Virus record (IMG/VR): IMGVR_UViG_3300020414_002756
Span: 1 to 36,935 of that record
Length of the DNA stretch: 36,935 nt
Direction: 5' to 3' (one strand)
DNA from: a virus
Lineage: Duplodnaviria; Caudoviricetes
Made by a program: the position numbers and the translations under genes. This document shows, piece by piece, positions 35,568 through 36,935 of the stretch; the stretch's first letter is position 1, and each line of letters opens with the position of its first letter. The notes under the pieces were generated by a model. It had not been told where the DNA came from. It searched no databases and was given only the letters and a program-made list of their open reading frames with translations.

Positions 35568-36869
35568 ATGGCAAATAGAGCAAGAGTAATTTATCAGAGC
35601 GAGGCGTTGTATGCTGGTACAGTTGACGCCACGGGACATCACTATACAGTCAACGGCACAGGTTATGCAACACAAACCGGTGCCGCTGCAGCAGGGGATG
35701 TTAAAACAGGAATCATGCAGCTTCGTCGAGTGCAAAGCGCAAACTACAGCTTCAGTGTTAATCGTCAAGATGTAAATCAATTCGGTCAGCTTGCAAGAAT
35801 CGATAGTGTTAGTATCGAACCGCCCACAGTTACTCTCGATATGTCATACTATCTTACCAACGGAGTAAACGAAAGACTACTTGGTTTTAATGTTGACGGT
35901 CAAACAAGTGCACTCAGCGACGAGCTTATTCTTGGTAAAACCGACAATTCCGACACTCCAGGTGGTAAAAACTTTTTTATTCTTACAACTTCAGAAAGCA
36001 GTGATGCAGTAGGAAACAGTGACGCAGAATCTGAGAAGAGTGTTATTGCCCTTGGTAATGGATTTGTATCTAACTATTCTATTGAAGCTGCTGTTGGAGG
36101 CATGCCAAGTGCAAGTGTTACTGTTGACGGATTAAATCTTCGCAGTTATACTGGTACCGCAAATCTTGACATTCCTGCAGTTGACACTAAATATGGTACT
36201 CCAATCGACGGAATTGAATTTAGCCTTCCTCCAGCAATCAGTGGAAAAGGTGAAGCTACGGTTGGAGCAGACAACATTTGGGGTAGCTCAGACGATGGAT
36301 GGGCTGGAAACGATGAAGGTTTTGGCGTAGAAGGTGTTTCATGTTTACGCCCTGGAGATATTTCTATGTCTCTTGGAACTCAAGGTCGCGCAGGACTGTT
36401 TGAAAACCTTCCTCATTCTGATCCTCACGCAGATTACGACGCTGGTTCGGCACACATTCAAAGCTTTAGTATTGATGTCCCAGTTAGCCGTAGCACAATC
36501 CAACGCCTTGGAAATCCATACGGATATGCACGAGTTACAGACTTTCCGGTTAATATTTCTGTTAGTGTTAACGCAATTCTTTCTGACCTCAAGGAAGGTA
36601 ATGTTGCAGATTTACTCTTCAACCAAGAAGCCCACGATCTCGTATTTACTATGCGCGAGCCAACGCAAAGCGGTAATGGAAACATTGCAATGCAATATAC
36701 CATCAAAGGTGCTCGCCTCGAAGGAGAATCATTCAGTTCTTCGATTGGAGACAATAAAAGTGTTGATCTTACTTTCACTGCTCAAGTTGGTGGCCCAGAA
36801 GACGTTGAGAACGGAATCTTTATTTTGGGATCAAGAAATGCTACTGGCATTCACCAATACTTCGCTTAA
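35568..36869 (+). CDS. Major tail tube protein (two tandem tube domains)
   Basis: Two similar halves are visible: 'VQSANYSFSVNRQDVNQFG...EPPTVTLDMSY' and 'IQSFSIDVPVSRSTIQRLG...DFPVNISVSVN'. The protein is acidic and Gly/Ser-rich, follows the neck genes and is followed by a terminator. Confidence 0.8.
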   Translation: MANRARVIYQSEALYAGTVDATGHHYTVNGTGYATQTGAAAAGDVKTGIMQLRRVQSANYSFSVNRQDVNQFGQLARIDSVSIEPPTVTLDMSYYLTNGVNERLLGFNVDGQTSALSDELILGKTDNSDTPGGKNFFILTTSESSDAVGNSDAESEKSVIALGNGFVSNYSIEAAVGGMPSASVTVDGLNLRSYTGTANLDIPAVDTKYGTPIDGIEFSLPPAISGKGEATVGADNIWGSSDDGWAGNDEGFGVEGVSCLRPGDISMSLGTQGRAGLFENLPHSDPHADYDAGSAHIQSFSIDVPVSRSTIQRLGNPYGYARVTDFPVNISVSVNAILSDLKEGNVADLLFNQEAHDLVFTMREPTQSGNGNIAMQYTIKGARLEGESFSSSIGDNKSVDLTFTAQVGGPEDVENGIFILGSRNATGIHQYFA

Positions 36870-36894
36870 TACTCTATAATTAAATATATTATAT

Positions 36895-36931
36895 AAAGAC
36901 CCTTGGTTGTTCGTTCAGCCAAGGGTTTTTT
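36895..36931 (+). terminator. Rho-independent terminator
   Basis: The stem is ACCCTTGGTTG / CAGCCAAGGGT (11 bp with one G-U pair), the loop is TTCGTT, and a T-run follows. The stem starts 30 nt after the tube stop codon. Confidence 0.9.
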
Positions 36932-36935
36932 ATTG

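Noticed and set aside
22690-36869. Contractile tail or contractile injection system suggested by multiple tube-like genes
   Set aside because: There are no sheath, baseplate wedge or PAAR/VgrG genes in the window, and the L/K/I/J/M set is siphovirus-type.
156-36879. Numerous 60-180-aa antisense or alternate-frame ORFs in the track (e.g. 1403..1822, 21820..22338, 34788..35234, 36334..36879)
   Set aside because: They lie within well-supported long genes, have no recognisable motifs, and look like shadow ORFs.
1-36935. Genome-wide stop-codon reassignment
   Set aside because: TAG (1034, 33221, 34047), TGA (23613) and TAA all end genes at sensible, tightly packed boundaries, and coding density is near complete in code 11.
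1-36935. CRISPR arrays, tRNA/rRNA genes, IS elements, introns or inteins
   Set aside because: Intergenic gaps are under about 65 bp. I saw no regularly spaced DNA repeats and no transposase, LAGLIDADG/HNH or intein splice motifs by eye. The large inserts look like adhesion domains.

Overview
This is a virion-morphogenesis region of a large tailed phage (Caudoviricetes, siphovirus-type, non-contractile tail), read in the standard genetic code. Left (+): two glycosyltransferase genes that share one GT9 fold split between them, and a probable Rad52/Sak-like annealing protein. Middle (-, about 3.0-33.5 kb): a lambda-like tail operon containing a small ORF, two paralogous tail assembly chaperones, a 2210-aa tape measure, two tail-tube paralogues, a double-gpM distal tail protein, gpL, a JAB-only gpK, a gpI(ubiquitin-like)-gpJ fusion, a 2350-aa second half of the central fibre, and a peptidase-S74 fibre/chaperone. 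Right (+, divergent): neck/completion genes, the major tail tube and an intrinsic terminator. The most notable observations are: (1) domains cut between adjacent genes, namely an FN3 domain split by an in-frame TAA-ATG and a split GT9; (2) a Ubl-GG pro-domain on the tail tip next to an intact JAB protease; (3) a tape measure carrying a PD-(D/E)XK-like cargo bracketed by G-x-[IV]-P-N-[YF]-A repeats; (4) chaperone duplication apparently replacing the G/G-T frameshift; (5) nested domain insertions; (6) a Trp-rich domain resembling Opitutales surface proteins in three tail proteins; (7) a GTGTA motif plus doubled AAGG leader before operon starts. All assignments come from reading motifs by eye; no searches were run.
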